NCBI GenBank assembly: GCA_052327205.1
Contig: CM126213.1
Coordinates: 111,538,001 to 111,602,000 of the forward strand
DNA from: Somniosus microcephalus
Lineage: Eukaryota
Length of the DNA: 64,000 bases
Direction: 5' to 3'
The notes under the pieces are model-generated. The model was not told where the DNA came from. It searched no databases and saw only the letters and a list, made by a program, of their open reading frames with translations. The position numbers and the translations under genes are program-made. Shown in pieces: positions 63,862-64,000 of this stretch. Every line of letters starts with the position of its first letter. Positions within the stretch are counted from its first letter, which is position 1.

Positions 63862-64000
63862 CATAGAAACATAGAAGATAGGAGCAGGAGTAGGCCATTC
63901 GGCCCTTCGAGCCTGCTCCGCCATTCAATGAGATCATGGCTGATCATCCAAATTCAGTACCCGGTCCCTGCCTTCTCCCCATATCCCTTGATCCCTTTAG
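63862..64000 (-). mobile_element. CR1 LINE 3' end running off the window
   Basis: CATAGAAACATAGAAGATAGGAGCAGGAGTAGGCCATTCGGCCC is the reverse complement of the inner CR1 tail at ~57030-57080. Confidence 0.9.

Noticed and set aside
1-64000. CRISPR arrays, operons or other prokaryotic systems
   Set aside because: The DNA is clearly vertebrate and no regularly spaced repeat-spacer structure was seen.

Overview
Vertebrate genomic DNA, most likely a cartilaginous fish (shark), judged from the repeat families (Deu-domain SINEs, CR1/L2 LINEs, Harbinger elements) and the compact FoxG1 protein. The window holds one host gene, the intronless forebrain transcription factor FOXG1 (minus strand, 40584-41813, 409 aa). 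It has a CpG-island promoter, upstream AUGs in its leader and a 3'UTR carrying miR-9, miR-200bc, miR-34 and miR-30 seed sites. One leader uORF overlaps the main start codon out of frame and resembles the human FOXG1 leader as I recall it; this is the best candidate for an under-described regulatory system. FOXG1 lies inside an AT-rich domain of about 30 kb (approx. 25-55 kb) that retains CpG and has few transposons, with several enhancer-like blocks and two candidate CTCF sites. The CpG-depleted flanks carry a 5' LTR with PBS, a complete but inactivated Harbinger transposon (transposase plus spliced Myb/SANT gene), nested MITEs, nested CR1s, L2 pieces, DeuSINEs and hairpin elements. All calls were made by eye; no database searches or counts were run.
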